64,000 nt of DNA from Squalus acanthias (GCA_030390025.1 CM059438.1:70744001-70808000), one strand, 5' to 3'. Positions 36,635 to 50,894 are shown, counted from the first letter of the stretch. The notes: generated by a model not told the origin, from the letters alone. Program-made: numbers and translations.

Positions 36635-37189
36635 AATATGTGGACAGCGGGCGAAGACGGGATCAGACTTGAATGTGATTGAATAGCTTGCCAAAGCTCA
36701 AAACCTAGGATCACACATGAAGAATGGTCACTTGGGTAAGATACTAAAAGGTGCTCATGCAAATATGGCCTGCAAGGAGTAAATTGTGCCAGTAAAGTGA
36801 GAAGGTTTTACTTCAGAGTAATGGAGCTATCTGAGAAGTGGTTTTATAAAAATGTAATAAAACACTCTTGTCTTATGGCGATTTTAATCCTATTTGAATG
36901 TGTACCTAATCAGGAGAGGAGGGGCTGGGGGGAATGATAAAACGAATACTGCATAAATTTTTTGTTAAATGATAGTTGACAAGGAAAGTAAACATTCTCA
37001 CCAGATTAACTGTCTGTGACAAGTGATTACTGGGATTCAGGCAAATATTTAGACACCTCTTGAGCCTCATAGAAGTCAATGGAAAGGAAAATCGCTGCCG
37101 CCCATTTAATGCCCCTCCCAAAGTTGAACTTCATCCGCAATACCTTCAGAAAGAGAGGGGAGACAACATATATTTCACACAAATATTTA

Positions 37190-37289
37190 AAAAAAGAAAA
37201 TGCTGCAAATACTCAGCAGGTCAGACAGCATCTGTGGAGAGAGAAACAGAGTCAATGTTTCAGGTCAACGACCCTTCGTCAGTACTGGA
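37190..37289 (-). mobile_element. Penelope-like terminal repeat fragment with a decayed hammerhead ribozyme core
   Basis: Minus strand reads CTGACGA-AGGGTC-GTT-GACCT-GAAAC...CACAGATGCTGTCTGACCTGCTGAGTATTTGCAGCATTTTC. Confidence 0.65.
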
Positions 37290-37907
37290 ATATTTCACAG
37301 AACTTTGTGAGCGGGACTAATTGGCATCCATTTTGAAAATGTTTTAAAATACAACTAACATGGGAATTCGTGTACTGTATAGTTTTCTGTAGGATTGTCT
37401 TTGTACTTGATAATGGAAATAGTTTGTTGTCGGATTTTGTTTTGGTTTATGGGAAACTAAGTAAGGTCTTGAGTGTTTATTTTCAATATTTCCATTTTGC
37501 GCCGAGGTATCAAATAATTGAAGGAAGTTAAAAAAAAAATGTGAGCCAACCCTTTGACAACATCTGTAGTGTTTTACTACAGGCAAAATAGAAACAGTAA
37601 TACCAACTGATGGCACTTTTTGTACTGCATATTAAGGACTATTTTGATGGCACAGTTCCTCTCAAGTGGTCATGTTGTAAGTGCATCACTACCACTATGG
37701 GGCAAGGATCCAGATGTGAACAAATCTTCATTGCACCATCACCAGTCAGTGAGTAGTGACAGAAATGTTTCTGGGTGTTCAGAAAATTAAGCATGAGGCC
37801 ACATTATAACACATTACTTAAAAATAAAATTGCATAATTCATTTTTTTTAAGTCGTCTGCGAAATAAGATTTTTTTGTGTGGTACTATGGTCCATTTTTA
37901 AGTCAAA

Positions 37908-39293
37908 GGGCTAGAAATTCATTATAGCCCAGGAATGGGCGGAATCTTTAGAAAAGTTTGAGAATTAGCGCCAGGCGCTAATGCTTTAGACTGCACGCAA
38001 AATTCATTCTCACTGCTCAAAGAAATGATTGGCCGCTAAATCAAGTCTTAAAGGTCTAGCTCAGTGGCGTTACACTCAAAGGGTGGACCAATATCGAGTG
38101 CAGTCTAATCTCAACTCATCATTGCCACAGGCTTTTCCCAGTACTTAAAGGGGAGGTTCATTGATACTGCAGCACCTCATTCTCAGCATTTCTGTCTGTG
38201 CAGCTGCCTCAGCAAGGAGAAACACAACAAGGAGAAGGAGCCGGGGGACTGAAGCAGGTTTGCTCATGGCAGATCCACCTCAGTCGGGTGGTCAGGGTGA
38301 TTGAATGCTACACCAAATGCTACACACCACCATCTTTTTACCACAAATTTCACACACTGCCCAAAGCACCACACCCCCAGCGCTCACCCACCAACAATCT
38401 CTACCTACCAACACTCACACCCACATCTCACGCCTTGCACGCAATGACAGCTATTCAACTATGGCAGGCACAAGGGTCATTAGTTATTCGAATGAATGTG
38501 ATATGTGTGATATATTTATGCATAAATTTGTTAATGCAGTTTGCAATATTTGTGGCCTCTCTCATTTCACCTTTGCGCCCAGGAGGACGCTGTGATATGG
38601 CATGTGGTGAGGAAAAGGGATCTGGGGTGAGGCTGGAGGTCGGTTTGGAGGAGGTAGCCGAGTTCTGTAACCACCACCTTGGTGATGCGGAGCCATCTAA
38701 TACACTGCTCCTCGCTTAATTGAAGGTAGGAGAAGTGCTGTCGGAATACCCTCGGAGGGTAAGGCCTCCTGGTGAGAGCCCTGGTGTCACTCGTCATCCC
38801 TCTGTCCACATGTTCCCGTATTCCTGGCTGCTTAAGCTCCCTCCGACATAGATCCCGGAGGGCGAGGTGGCATGCCAGTACAGCCCCCATTAATGTTGCC
38901 AAGTGTGGCTGAAACTGACAAGAAGCCACTGAAACTAACCTGCCCTGACAGCTGCGAGTCATTAATGCTGATGCCTTTAAATAATGTCGCTGGAGCCGGC
39001 TTCCGTCAGCTGTGCGCCAGCTCTCCCTGTCGCTGTCTGGTCGAGGCGCAAAGGTAAGTGGCAACAATAAATTTTGCAGATCGGGAGCGTTGCACGGTCA
39101 CTGACGTCATGATCTGCCTGGCATTGAAGTCCCCGGTGGTACCTCGTACTGACAGCGCAACGGGGGGTGGGGGGGGGAGCTGGATTTGCCGTGCATCGCT
39201 GGATTCGCCTCACCCCGGCGCTACTTTATCAGTGCCCCGTTACCGCTCTCTGCAGGTGTTAATGGGAGGCGCTAACCTAACGAATTTTTCCCC
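37908..39293 (-). mobile_element. Internally deleted Harbinger element with transposase N-terminus
   Basis: TIRs GGGCTAGAAATTC / GAATTTTTCCCC. ORF 38567..39067 contains RRPYPPRVFRQHFSYLQLSEEQCIRWLRITKVVVTELGYLLQTDLQP. Confidence 0.85.
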
Positions 39294-40302
39294 ATAGTGA
39301 CTTAATTTCAAGAATCACATTTTGAGCATTTTGCGTTGTAATTTGCATTGCTTATTTTGTATTACTGGATAATTCCACTTTGCAGAGCAAGAAAGAACTT
39401 TGAATTATCAAGATTAGACTGTATTTTGCTTGCCACCATAATGGAGGTGATAAGGAACATGTATAAATCAGTAAAAAAGATAACTAATCTTTGTTTGCTA
39501 GTTATTGGGAATGGCCATTTTTATTTCAGTAGTGTATGCAACCGTCCCTAGATAGTCTTGTGAAAGGCAACATAGCAGGGGTGTATCTGTCCAATTTTCA
39601 GTTCTTTATTGGAAAGAGTGGTCCATAGCCTTGTAGTGATCGTCAATTGATACAATCGTTTATCATCTCACGGGCGAGCGGTAGGTGACTTTGTTGTAGC
39701 TGTGCGTGATTCATAATATGTTCCTCAGCAAAAGAGAAATTATAATCCATGCTCCTTGATGTAAGTGGAGCAGCAGATTCACTTTCACCGTGGTGTGTGC
39801 ATAGGAACTGTCACTGGATTTATCTACATAAATGGTTTTAATGCTTGGACCTTTACTGCAGATGCAGCTTCATGAATACGCACATTTTAGTTCATGCGAA
39901 GCTTTAACCAAACCCAATGTCCAACTGACCCCAAATTCTTATTCCTTCTCGCAGTCAAGATGATGTTCCTATCCAAATTGCTAATTCTTCTTGTTGATAG
40001 CAGTGACATGTTTAACAGGTGAAACATTGTAGAGAATGGGAAAAAAAATGTCTACGCTAGGCTGAGGATGTACAGGATCGGCAGAGTTCTCAAACTATCT
40101 TCATATTGCATTTCAAAAACAGCAATGGAGTTGAGTGATTTTGATAAAGTACGATTTTAAATGTGACACTTTCAGGAACAAACTGAGATACAATGAGATA
40201 CAGTCCTGGTCCACCAATACCTTGAATTTAAAAATCTGTTCCTTGTGTTCAAATCCCTCCATGGCCTCGCCCCTCCTTATATTTGTAACTTCCAACCCTA
40301 TA

Positions 40303-43300
40303 ACATAAGAACATAAGAAATAGGAGCAGGAGTAGGCCATTTGGCCCCTCGAGCTTGCCCCACCATTCAATAAGATCATGGCTGATCTTCGACCTCAACT
40401 CCACTTTCCTGCACGATCCCCATATTCCTTGATTCCCTTAATATCCAAAAACCTATCGATCTCTGTCATGAATACTCAACGACTGAGCCTCCACAGCCCT
40501 CTGGGGTAGAGAATTCCAAAGGTTCACCACCCTCTGAGTGAAGGAATTTCTCCTCATCTCAGTCCTAAATGGCCGACCCCTTATTCTGAGACTGTGACCC
40601 CTGGTTCTAGACTCCCCAGCCAGGGGAAACATCCTCCCTGCATCTACCCTGTCAAGCCCTGTAAGAATTTTGTATGTTTCAATGAGATCACCTCTCATTC
40701 TTCTAAACTCGAGAGAATATAGGCCTAGTCCACTCAATCTCTTAGATTATTTTCTAAGTGCCCTGTTACCACATCCTTAATAATAGATTCTAGCATTTTC
40801 CCTACTACGGATATTAGGCGAACTGGTCTGTAGTTCCCCGTTTTCTCTCTCCCTCCTTTCTTAAATAGTGGGGTTACATTTGCTACCTTCCAATCCGTGG
40901 GAACCGTTTTAGAATCTATGGAATTTTGAAAAATGACAGCCAATGCATCCACTATCTCTATAGCTACGTCTTTCAAAACCCTAGGATGTAGGCCATCAGG
41001 TCCAGGGATTTATCGGCTTTCAGTCCAATTAATTTCTCCAGTACTATTTTTTTACTAATACCAATTTCTTTCAGTTCCTCATTCTCGCTAGACCCTTGGT
41101 TCTCCACTATTTCCAGGAAGTTTTTGTATGTCTTCCTCCATGAAGACAGACACAAAGGGGGAGAAATTCGGTATCGCCCCATTTGGGGTGCAATTATCGG
41201 CCGGGCGCAAAGTTTAGCACCTGGTGCTAATTATCGCCTCTGACTGCAAACTTGGCTTCTATCGCCCCTGGAGGTGATTGGAGCGCTAAATCAGGCGCTG
41301 CACACCTCTTTTAAGGCGCTAACGCCGAGGAGCGAGGCGCTACCTCAGAGCGCTGGCGAAGCTCATATGATGTCAGTCAGCAATGGAACACAGACACACT
41401 GGCGAGGCCAGTTCTTAAAGGGGGAGGGTCGATCTTGCTCTCCATCCACACCCTGCTCATTGCAGCCTTGAATCTCGGCCTGGAGAGACCTGTACATCAA
41501 ATCTGCTGGAAAGAACAATGAAGAGACCCAGGGAAAGAGGTCAGAGTGCAGCCCCCATGATCTCTTCTAAATCGATGCAAGGAAGGTCAAATCAAAATGA
41601 ACCTGCAAAGTGCTGTTCAGTACCCAAAACTCCGTCACACAGCATTGAATCTCTCTAGAAGTCTCTCTCTCAGAATGCATGGTGCAAAAATGTCACCGAC
41701 AAAAAAAGGCAGGAAGCGGTCGCCTTTAAATAGCGCTCCCCCAGTCCCTTCCCGACTGCAAAACGCTCCCCTCAACCTGTCATTGCTAGCGGCAGGCGGT
41801 AAGGCAGGTGGCGCCACTCAATATCCGGTCCAGGGCGTTGCACACTCGACTGATGTCACGATCTGCGAGCGCAGGAGATCGTGGCGGTAGTGTTTAGCGC
41901 CGCCGCAAAATGTCTAGTCAATTTCACGAGCGGCGCAAACATCGCCGCCCTCTTAGGGCGCTAACGGGAGGCGCAAAGCAACCGATTTTTCCCCCCAAAG
42001 TATTTGTTTAATTTCTCGGCCATTTCCTTATTCCCCATTATAATTTCTCCTGTCTCAGCCTATAAGGGACCCACATTTACTTTCACTAATCTTTTACTTT
42101 TTACATACCTATAGAAGCTTTTACAGTCTAATTTTATGTCTTGCTAGTTTACTCCCATATTCTATTTTCCCTTACTTTATCAATTTTTTTGCTGAATTCT
42201 AAAATCCTCCCAATCCTCAGGTTTACTACTCTTTTTGGCAACATTATAAGCTTCGTCCTTTGATCTAATACTATCTTTAACCTCTCTTGTTAGCCACGGT
42301 TGGACCACTTTTCCTGTGGGGTTTTTGTGCCTTAAAGGAATGTATATTTGTTGTAAATTATATATTCTTTAAATGCTTCTCAACCGTCATACCTTTAATT
42401 TAGTTTCCCAATCTACCTTAGCCAACTCACCCCTCATACCTACGTAGTTTGCTTTGTTTAGATTTAAGACCCTCGTTTCGGATTTAACTAAATCACTTTC
42501 AAACTCAATATAAAATTCTCTCATATTATGGTCACTCTTCCCTAAAGGCCCCTTTACTACAAGGTTATTAATTAACCCTTTCTCGTTGCACAATACTAGA
42601 TCTAAAATAGCCTGTTCCCTAGTTGATTCCTCAACATACTGATCTAGAAAACTATCTTGCATACATTCCATGAATTCGTCCTCCACACTATTACTGCAAA
42701 TTTGGTTTGCCCAGTCTATAATAGATTAAAGTCCCCATGATTACTGTATTACCCATGTTACATGCGCCTCTAATTTCCTGATTTATGCTCTGCCCTACAT
42801 TACAAGGAGGCCTATAAACAACTCCCACCAACGTTTTCTGCCCCTAAGCTCCACCCAAACTGATTCTACTTCTTGATTTTCGGAGCTAAGATCCTTTCTC
42901 TCTACTGTCTTTATCCCATCCTTTATTTTCAGGGCTACCCCTCCTCCTTTTCCATTTTGCCTATCTCTTCTTAAAGTTAAGTATCCTGGAATATTTAGTT
43001 CCCAACCTTAGCCACATTGCAACCATGTCTCCGTAATGGCTATTAGATCAAACCTATTAATTTCTATTTGTGCTATTAATTCATCTATTTTGTTGCGAAT
43101 GCTTCGCGCATTCAGATATAATGCCTTTAGCTTTGACTTATTTCTATTTACCCTGATGTCACCTTAGTCACTGATGCCTTATTACCTTTGTTACTCTCTC
43201 TGTCCCTTCCTGACCCAATCTGCTTATTTTTACCCAAAACTCTACTCTGCTCTAGAGCCTTGACATTTCTCTCGCTGCTTTTAAATTTACTCTTTCCTGA

Positions 43301-43645
43301 ATCCTCCTCCCCTTCCCCCCCCACCCCCCACCCGCCTTCATTAGTTTAAAGCCATGTCTACTGCCCTAGTTATTCGGTTCACCAGGACACTAGACCCAGC
43401 CTGGTTTAAATGGAGCCCGTCCCAGCGGAACAGCTCCCTCTTTCCCCAGTACTGGTGCTAGTGCCCCATGAACTGAAACCCCTTCCTCCACACCACTCTT
43501 TGAGCCATGCATTTTAAACCTCTAATATGTTTGTCCCTATGCCAATTTACACATGACTCAGGTAACAATCCAGAGATTATTACCTTTGAGGTTCTGCTTT
43601 TTAATTTGGATTCTAGCTCCTCAAACTCCCTCAGCAGAACCTCAT
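40303..43645 (-). mobile_element. CR1 LINE with RT core deleted and a MITE inserted, itself inside an L2-like fragment
   Basis: ORF2 fragments 40453..40737, 40734..40976, 40973..41182 and 42387..42686. (CATAAGAA)n tail. RT region absent at ~40740. The host L2-like sequence runs ~40200-40302 and 43646-43960. Confidence 0.9.
41157..41996. mobile_element. Harbinger-like non-autonomous element inserted in CR1
   Basis: TIRs GGGGGAGAAATTCGGT / ACCGATTTTTCCCCCC and 3-bp TSD AAA. Removing it restores CR1 GACAGACACAAAGTATTTG. Confidence 0.9.
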
Positions 43646-45135
43646 TTGAGAACTCTGCATTCCTCTAGTTCTAGCCTCTTGTGCATCCTCGACTTCCTTC
43701 ATCCCACCATTGGTGGCTGTGCCTTCAGCTGTATAGGCCCTGAGCTCTGGAATTTCCTTCCTAAATCTCTTTGCCTCTCCGCCTCTCTCTCCTCCTTTAG
43801 GATTTTCCTTAAAACCTACCTCCTTAACCAAGTTTTTTGCCACCTGTCTTAATATATCCTTTGTTGGCTCGGTGTCACATATTTTTCTGATTACGTTCCT
43901 GTGAAGTACCTTAGGATATTTTACTATTTTAACGGTGCTATATAAATGCAAGTTGTTGTAGTGTGAGAAGTACATCTTTGAAGAAAGCACAAAATTTGCA
44001 ATTCCTGTGAACAAATGATAAAAGACCTAAGATATTTGACAACTTCTAGGGAGGTGGGAGTAATAAGATAATGAGCTTGTAGTTAAAAAACTTATTTTAT
44101 GACATTTTGTATTGAAATGACAATTGGAAAGCATGCTGATCATGGCATCACAGCATTAAGGCAAGTACAGAGACTTTAATGGATTTCAATATCTTGGACA
44201 GATTTTGATAACACGGTCTGAACTCATTTTCAATTGATTCACATAAACTCACCTTCAATTTACAAATGAGTAATGTGTTTCTTTGGAGCTTCAGGGAAAT
44301 CACCATTCATATATAAAATTGATGAATGTTGCTTGTCAGTCAACTTGGCGGCCAATGGTGTGGTGTTGTTTTCTAATGTTCACACACAATAGTAATCATG
44401 TGATCATTCTGTGAATCGTTTTCGATCAGTAGTAATCACATGACAGTTTGAATCATTTGTGTTTGATTTGCAGGGCTTTGGACCAATGTCAGTAAGGCCA
44501 AGCTAATTGGAGGTGGGTGGTTGGCAGGTTACACCTTATGCACTGACAACAATGTGCGTTAATACTCATAACTCTATAATGAACTTCAATGTTAGTTTTA
44601 TAAACCTTCCTCCTCTTTGTGAGGAATCATGACCATTTGGAATGTGCCTGCCTGTCCCAAAGTATTTTAGGGAAAACAACTGCTACAGCTGTATCATTAT
44701 TGGTCTTACTGTGAAATGCCATTTGCCCAAACTCTTCTACTATTTGGTGTCCAGATCTTACTCCCCGTTGGGCACCTTGGGACATTTGTCATGTTAAAAG
44801 TGTAATAATGCAAGTTGTTGCTTGAATTTTTTCTATATAACCGGAGGCTGGGTCCCTTTTCTCTTGAAAGAGAAGGCTGAGGGGTGACCTAATAGAGGTC
44901 TTTAAAATTATGAAAGATTTTGATAGAGTAGACAGAGAGAGAGAGTGTTTCCACTTGTGGGGAAAAGCAAAACTAGAGGCCATAAATATAAAATAGTCAC
45001 CAAGAAATCAAATAAGAAACTTCTTTACCCAGAGTGGTGAGAACATGGAACTCGCTACCACAGGGAGTGGTTGAGGCGAATAGTATAGATGCATTTAAGG
45101 GGAGGCTAGCTAAGCATATGAGGAAGAAGGGAATA

Positions 45136-45746
45136 AGAACATAAGAAATAGGAGCAGGAATAGGCCACTTGGCCCCTCGAGCCTGCTCCACCATTCAATG
45201 AGATCATGGCTGATCTAGGGCTCAAAGCCACTTCCCAGCCCACTCCCCATAACCCTTCACTCCCTTATCTTGCAAAAATTTGTCTATCTCCACTTTAAAT
45301 GTATTTAATGACCCAGCCTCCACAGCTCTCTGGGGCAGAGAATTCCACAAATTTATGACCCTCTGAGAGAAGAAGTTCCTCCTCATCTCAGTTCTAAAAG
45401 GGTGACCCTTTATTCTGAGACTGTGCCCCCGAGTTCTAGATTTCCCCATGAGGGGAAACATCCTCTCTCATCTACCCTGTCGAGCCCCCTCAGTATCTTA
45501 TATGTTTCGATAAGATTACCTCTCATTCTTCTAAATTCCAATAAGTATAGGCCCAGCCTGCTCAACCTTTCCTCATAAGTCAAACCCCTCATCTCTGGAA
45601 TTAACCTAGTGAATCGTCTCTGAACTGCCTCCAATGCAAGTCTATCCTTCCTTAAATAAGGAGACCAAAACTGTACGCAGTACTCAAGGTGTGGTCTCAC
45701 CAATACCTTGTACAGTTGTAGCAGGACTTCCCTGCTTTTAAACTCC
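45136..45746 (-). mobile_element. CR1 3' fragment inserted in an older plus-strand CR1 tail (44860-45855)
   Basis: ORFs 45222..45461 and 45410..45748 match the CR1 C-terminus. The host reads GAAGGGA-ATA[insert]ATA-GAGGGATATGC. Confidence 0.85.
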
Positions 45747-46290
45747 ATAGAGGGATATGCCGATAGAGTTAGATAAGGAAAGACAGGAGGAGGCTCGAGT
45801 GAAGCATAAACCCAAATGGCCTGTTTCTGTGCTGTATATTCTATGTAATTCTATAAGTTGGCCTTATTGGATTCTGATGAGGTTTTATCCCAGCAGTAGA
45901 AGTGAATGGAGGAAATAGCACCACAGCTACTCTAGTCTTTTGGCTGAAAATCAATCGAATAAAGTTGTGATCATTCCATCAGCAGAAAATATGTCCGCAG
46001 ATTTTAAGAGACTTCTTTACTCACAAAGAGGCATTTCAGTGAAGATTTTGCTCACGTTGGTTCGAAGATGTTAGTGGAAGCAGCACATTGTGGACGGGCG
46101 AGGGGATAGATTTCCCCTGCGCACAAGGTTTCGTAAAATTGTCACGACATTTATAAAAAGCTGCCATTACACAGAGCAAACCTTTACGTTCATAGTGACC
46201 AAATGTTCGGCGGCCTGTGATAGAATAATTTCTATGAATGTTGCCCCTCGAGCCTGTTCTGCTATTCAATTAGATCATGGCTGATCAGTA

Positions 46291-46856
46291 CAGGAAACTC
46301 TTTGGTATCCGGCACCGACGGGACCGGGATGGTGCCGGTTGATCGAAAGTTCCGGATAACAGAGAGTTATATCTACCGAGGTTATTTTTAACAAAGAAAA
46401 ATAAAAAAATCAAGAAATGTGCAGGATACAGTATTTGGGTACTCACCTACAGAATGTTGTGTTAAATGGATGGTGGCAGATGCTTGATTAAGTACAGTAC
46501 TGCCAGTTGAGAGTAATCCATAACTCTTTAATTACTTAACAGTAAGTGAGACTCCCGGCAGCGTGGGAGAATCAACTCCTGCTACTGCAGTGTTTCGGAC
46601 TTCCGACAGCGCCAGGAGGCCGAGTAGTGGCACTTTTGAAAACTACCCCTACTGACTAAATCGGCGTTCGCGGACTCGGGATCGGCAACATTGCCGGTTA
46701 TTTGAGAGGAGTTTTCGGAGTACTCGGCGTTCACGGAGACTCGGACTGCGACTCGGCAACATTGCCGGTTATTTGAGAGGAGTTTTCGGAGGATGATTTT
46801 TGCCGGTTAAGCAAGAATTCCGGATATTTGGGTGCCGGATAAACAAGAGTTTCCTG
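46291..46856 (-). mobile_element. Tc1/mariner-superfamily (pogo/Tigger-like) MITE, copy 2, inside a CR1 tail
   Basis: Same TIRs as 11418-11914, TA TSD and an internal tandem duplication at ~46660-46790. Host CR1 fragment spans ~46240-47290. Confidence 0.9.
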
Positions 46857-49800
46857 TACCTCAACTCCAGATACCCGTCTTTGCTCCATAGCCCTTGAAG
46901 CCCTTACCGTACAAAAATCTATCGATCTCAAACTTGAAAATTTCTATGGACCCAGCGTCCACAGCCTTTTGGCGGAGAGAGTCCCAGATTTCTGCTATCC
47001 TTTGTGTGAAAAGGAGCTTCCTGATTTCACTCCTAAATGGCCTTGCTCTAATTTTAAGATTATGCCCCTTTGTTCTGCATTCCCCCACCAGAGGAAATAG
47101 TTTCCCTGTATCTATCCTATTGAATCCGTCTGTCATTTTAAAGACCTCGATTAGATCACCCTTAACATTCTGAACTCAAGGGAATATAAACCAAGTTTAT
47201 GCAGCCTGTCCTCATAACAAAACACTTTAAGCCCTGGTATCATTCTGGTGAATCTGTGCTGTACCCCCTCCAAGGCCAATATATCTTTCAGATTCTATTC
47301 CTATCAACTTATGAATTCTTTACTGTGTGAGGCTAAAGGCATGTTTATCATTTCATAATTAAAACTCAACAAAGGTTTCATGATTAAAAATAAACTTTTA
47401 CATTTCCATTTCCAGTTTATCTCCCAAGTGCCAATTTCCTTGTAGTTTTTGCAGCATTTTCCAGCTTAGAAGTTGGCCTGAAAACCAAACTCCGGCCTCT
47501 CCCAGTGGCACCCCTTCAGCAGTCATTAATAGGTGTAAGACAGTAGGCTGGATGGCTCCTCCTTGGCTTTCCCATTCTCCCGATGTGGAAATGCAAGCTT
47601 TCATCTCAATGCTTCTGCTTGGGACATAGAGCTAAAGCTACACCTGTATCCAACTGAACATAATCTGGAATAGCACATAATTATACAGTGCACTACTAAT
47701 GCTGGCCTGCCATTTCAGAAATGATTTTATAACACCTCAAATGAATCTCACTAATCTGTGTAAACTGCACCAAGGAACAGGACCAGCACACAGCTGGAAC
47801 TTGGGGCATTATGGCTTGAACTTAAGGGTTAAGTTGCAGAATTGTAAGGCACAGCCTTTGAAATATCGGTGCACACTAAGTCGTTTTTGAAAACTTAGAT
47901 TGGCTATCTACATTTAATGCGAAATATTATTTACACTACGCAGTTCTTTGTTAAAATTGTCCTCCCATTATGATAAACAAGACAGCTGACACCTGCAGAA
48001 TTTCGCTTTGTATTAAAAATGTAGAGTGACCTGCAACAAAATGAGCGAAGATTGTAGTAATGTTGTCAGTGGGAGTCTAGCTCTGTAAAAGTATTTTTGC
48101 AGTTAATCTCTCTGTTTACGCAAAGTATTACGTCTAAGACAAGATCTTCATGAAATGTTGCCTGTTTAACTTATCCGGCCTTAGAATTGTTGCTTGAAGT
48201 TCTTAATATGAAAAGTCAAGGCTGTAAAAACAAATGTTTCTAATCTGGTATTCTTTTATTGTAACATCTGTGTGCCAGTATTTTCTACTGTTGCTTAGTT
48301 CACATCAATAATGAAAATTTTGAGCTGTACTGATTATTTGGGGGTGGATTATTTCAATTTGGCCCTGGATGTCAATCAATGCATGGGGATTCTTCGATAT
48401 CATTTTCATCTTGAATTCTCATGTGACAGGGTTGATCCCTGTGTGAGCTATGTCCAAAGTTCTCCAAGGACTCTTAGCAGGTTTTCTGAGGTAGATCAGC
48501 ATGTCCTTAAACTTTGAAGTAAGGATGGCCATGGTACCAGTTCTGTAAGGGGCACATTTGAGCTTAATCACTTTGGTTGGGTTAGACCAAAAGCAGTGTT
48601 TATCATTCACAGATTAATTATTGCTCCTTAATTTAAATTGCCACCGTTTTATTTATATCAAGTAGTTACATTTGGTACAAAGTAATACCCCATCAGTAAA
48701 TGTTCTGAAGAGAAAATGCACTGCAATGTGGAATGAATTGTAGTCTCTTTTCAATTTCTGTGAATGGTTCACATTTGTTTGGTCATTTCTTTGGTCTGGG
48801 CATTCAATATGTGCTTGGGGTCTCAGTGTTCCTACTAAGGATTCTGGGAAATACAATGCAATTGTTCCTGTTGTGCAGAGACCCCTCCCCATGACTTTAG
48901 TTCAATTGCATGCATCATAATCCTTGACAAGAAAAAAGATGATATCGCTACTCAGGTTGCCCAAGTTGTCAGGTTAGCTGATGCAAAATCCTCTAATGAG
49001 ACAGGGGTTGAATTTGCACTTAGATATTAGTAACAAATACATGAAGGCATTTGTGTGAAATTACTGTCTGCAATTGTAAAGAAAGCATCAACCCATTTGA
49101 AAAAGATGGCAGAGGAATTTGACACAAATCTGTCCTTTGAATGCGACATTAAATCGAGGGTCTATGTGCCTGTCTTAGTGGTTCAGATGGATGTTAAAGG
49201 TCCCATGGTACTATTTGGAAAAGATGTAGGAATTTTCCCAATGTCCTGGCCAACATTCTTTCATCAACCAAGAGCATCAAAAACAGCTAAATTGGCCGCT
49301 CATATGATTGGTGTTTGTGGACCCTTGCTGCGTGCCAAATGCCTGTCGCATTTGCCTTACCAAACAACATGGTGAATGTGCTTCAAAGTAATTCATTGTA
49401 TGTGAAGTGATTTGTGATGCTTATGAGAGAGGGGTCAAGTTCCTATATAAACACAAGGGTGCCAGAAATCCACTGTGACCATTCCACGGAGCGCGTGCCA
49501 GTAACCTCTGCTCCTGACTACGCTTTAGTATCTATGGTCGGGGGTAAGTTCACTCACTTGCATATGGATACCAGTCACCCACATCACAATAGACATATCC
49601 TGGACACCAGTCAAAAGAGTGGGTGTAGGTAATGCAGCGGTAGGTGACCACCAGTTCTTCAGCTGGCAGCAATTTTGTGAGGTCCCATCGGCCCCCTCTT
49701 TAAAGGGGGCCAAATTAACAAACCAGCTTGCTATTTTCTTCAGGGACCTGGGTCTGGACTCAAAGGTGGGCTCCACAGCCACCAAGCCAAGAGCCAGTAC

Positions 49801-49949
49801 ATCTAGTTGAAACCAGTGGACTGGCTGCTCAGCATAACCGAAACCAGAGACAAGGAATTTTCTAGTCCAGGCGCTTCCTTCATCAGCACTGGCCCCGCCA
49901 GTATCAGGGGGCATTTTTGGCAGCGGTTCCATCCCAAAGAGGCTCCCCT

Positions 49950-50540
49950 GCCAGACCTGGGGAGGCGGTTATGGAGGCCGGACTGCCGGGAAAATGGCAG
50001 AAACTGGGAGCGGGTACCGACCCCGCTCCAAACCCACCTCCGTGCCATCTTCCCGGGAGGCAGCTCCCCGACTCGCGCAGGGACCCGTCTCCTCGAGGCG
50101 GGAAGGGAATTAGAGCCAATTAACTGCCTGTTAACAGGCAGTTTTGAGGCTTATCCCCATTTTACGCCTGCAAGTGCGGGCTTCCCGACGGCTGCGAACC
50201 TCGCCAGGGTCAGCGAGGCGAGCAGTGGGTCTGCAGGGGTGAGAGGGATCGAAAAGTCTGCTGTGGAGGTGAGTGATGGGTGCAAGTGTGGAGAGGTAAG
50301 TATGAGAGGTGAGTGTAAAGTGTTGGCAAAAGTTTCCTTACCTTTGCTTCTTCCTGCAGGCTTCAACCCTTGGGGATCCGGAGGTGCCTCATCTCAACGG
50401 CAGAGGTGACAGAATGACTGCTGCATTCTCAGATGCAGCAGCCATCTGCTTTCTGCTGAGGAGAGAGGTTTTGGTGAGCCTTCAGTGCAAGGGCTCACCT
50501 TAGAACAGAGATTGTCAGTGTTTGACAGCTTCTCAAATGC
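49950..50540 (+). mobile_element. Partial copy of Harbinger-like family B
   Basis: Highly similar to 11933-12530. No TIRs visible. Confidence 0.85.
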
Positions 50541-50894
50541 CGGCAGATGTAACACCAGGAGTATGCTGCTAAATGTGTGCATTTTTTTTTACAAATATTG
50601 AGGAATGAGATTTCAAACTCAAAGCAATTAAAAAGAAGGGAAAGTGAATAATAGAATGCAAAGGTAAAACATTGCAATTGGAATCACACTCGACTTGGTG
50701 AAAATATATTTCATACAGTCGAGAACATTTTTCAGTACAAACCCATTTTAATGCCAATGGTTGCTTTGATTTGCAGATTGCAGCAATGACATCCATCCTG
50801 GAAACTTTCTGCTAATCTCAACTGTAGCTTTCTAGAAAAGGTTAGGCCATGTGTGGGAGGTATGGGTAATTAGCTGCAGTGTCACTATTATCTC

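Noticed and set aside
49807..50409. 200-aa ORF
   Set aside because: It overlaps a non-autonomous repeat. The paralogous copy at 11933-12530 has stops in the equivalent region.
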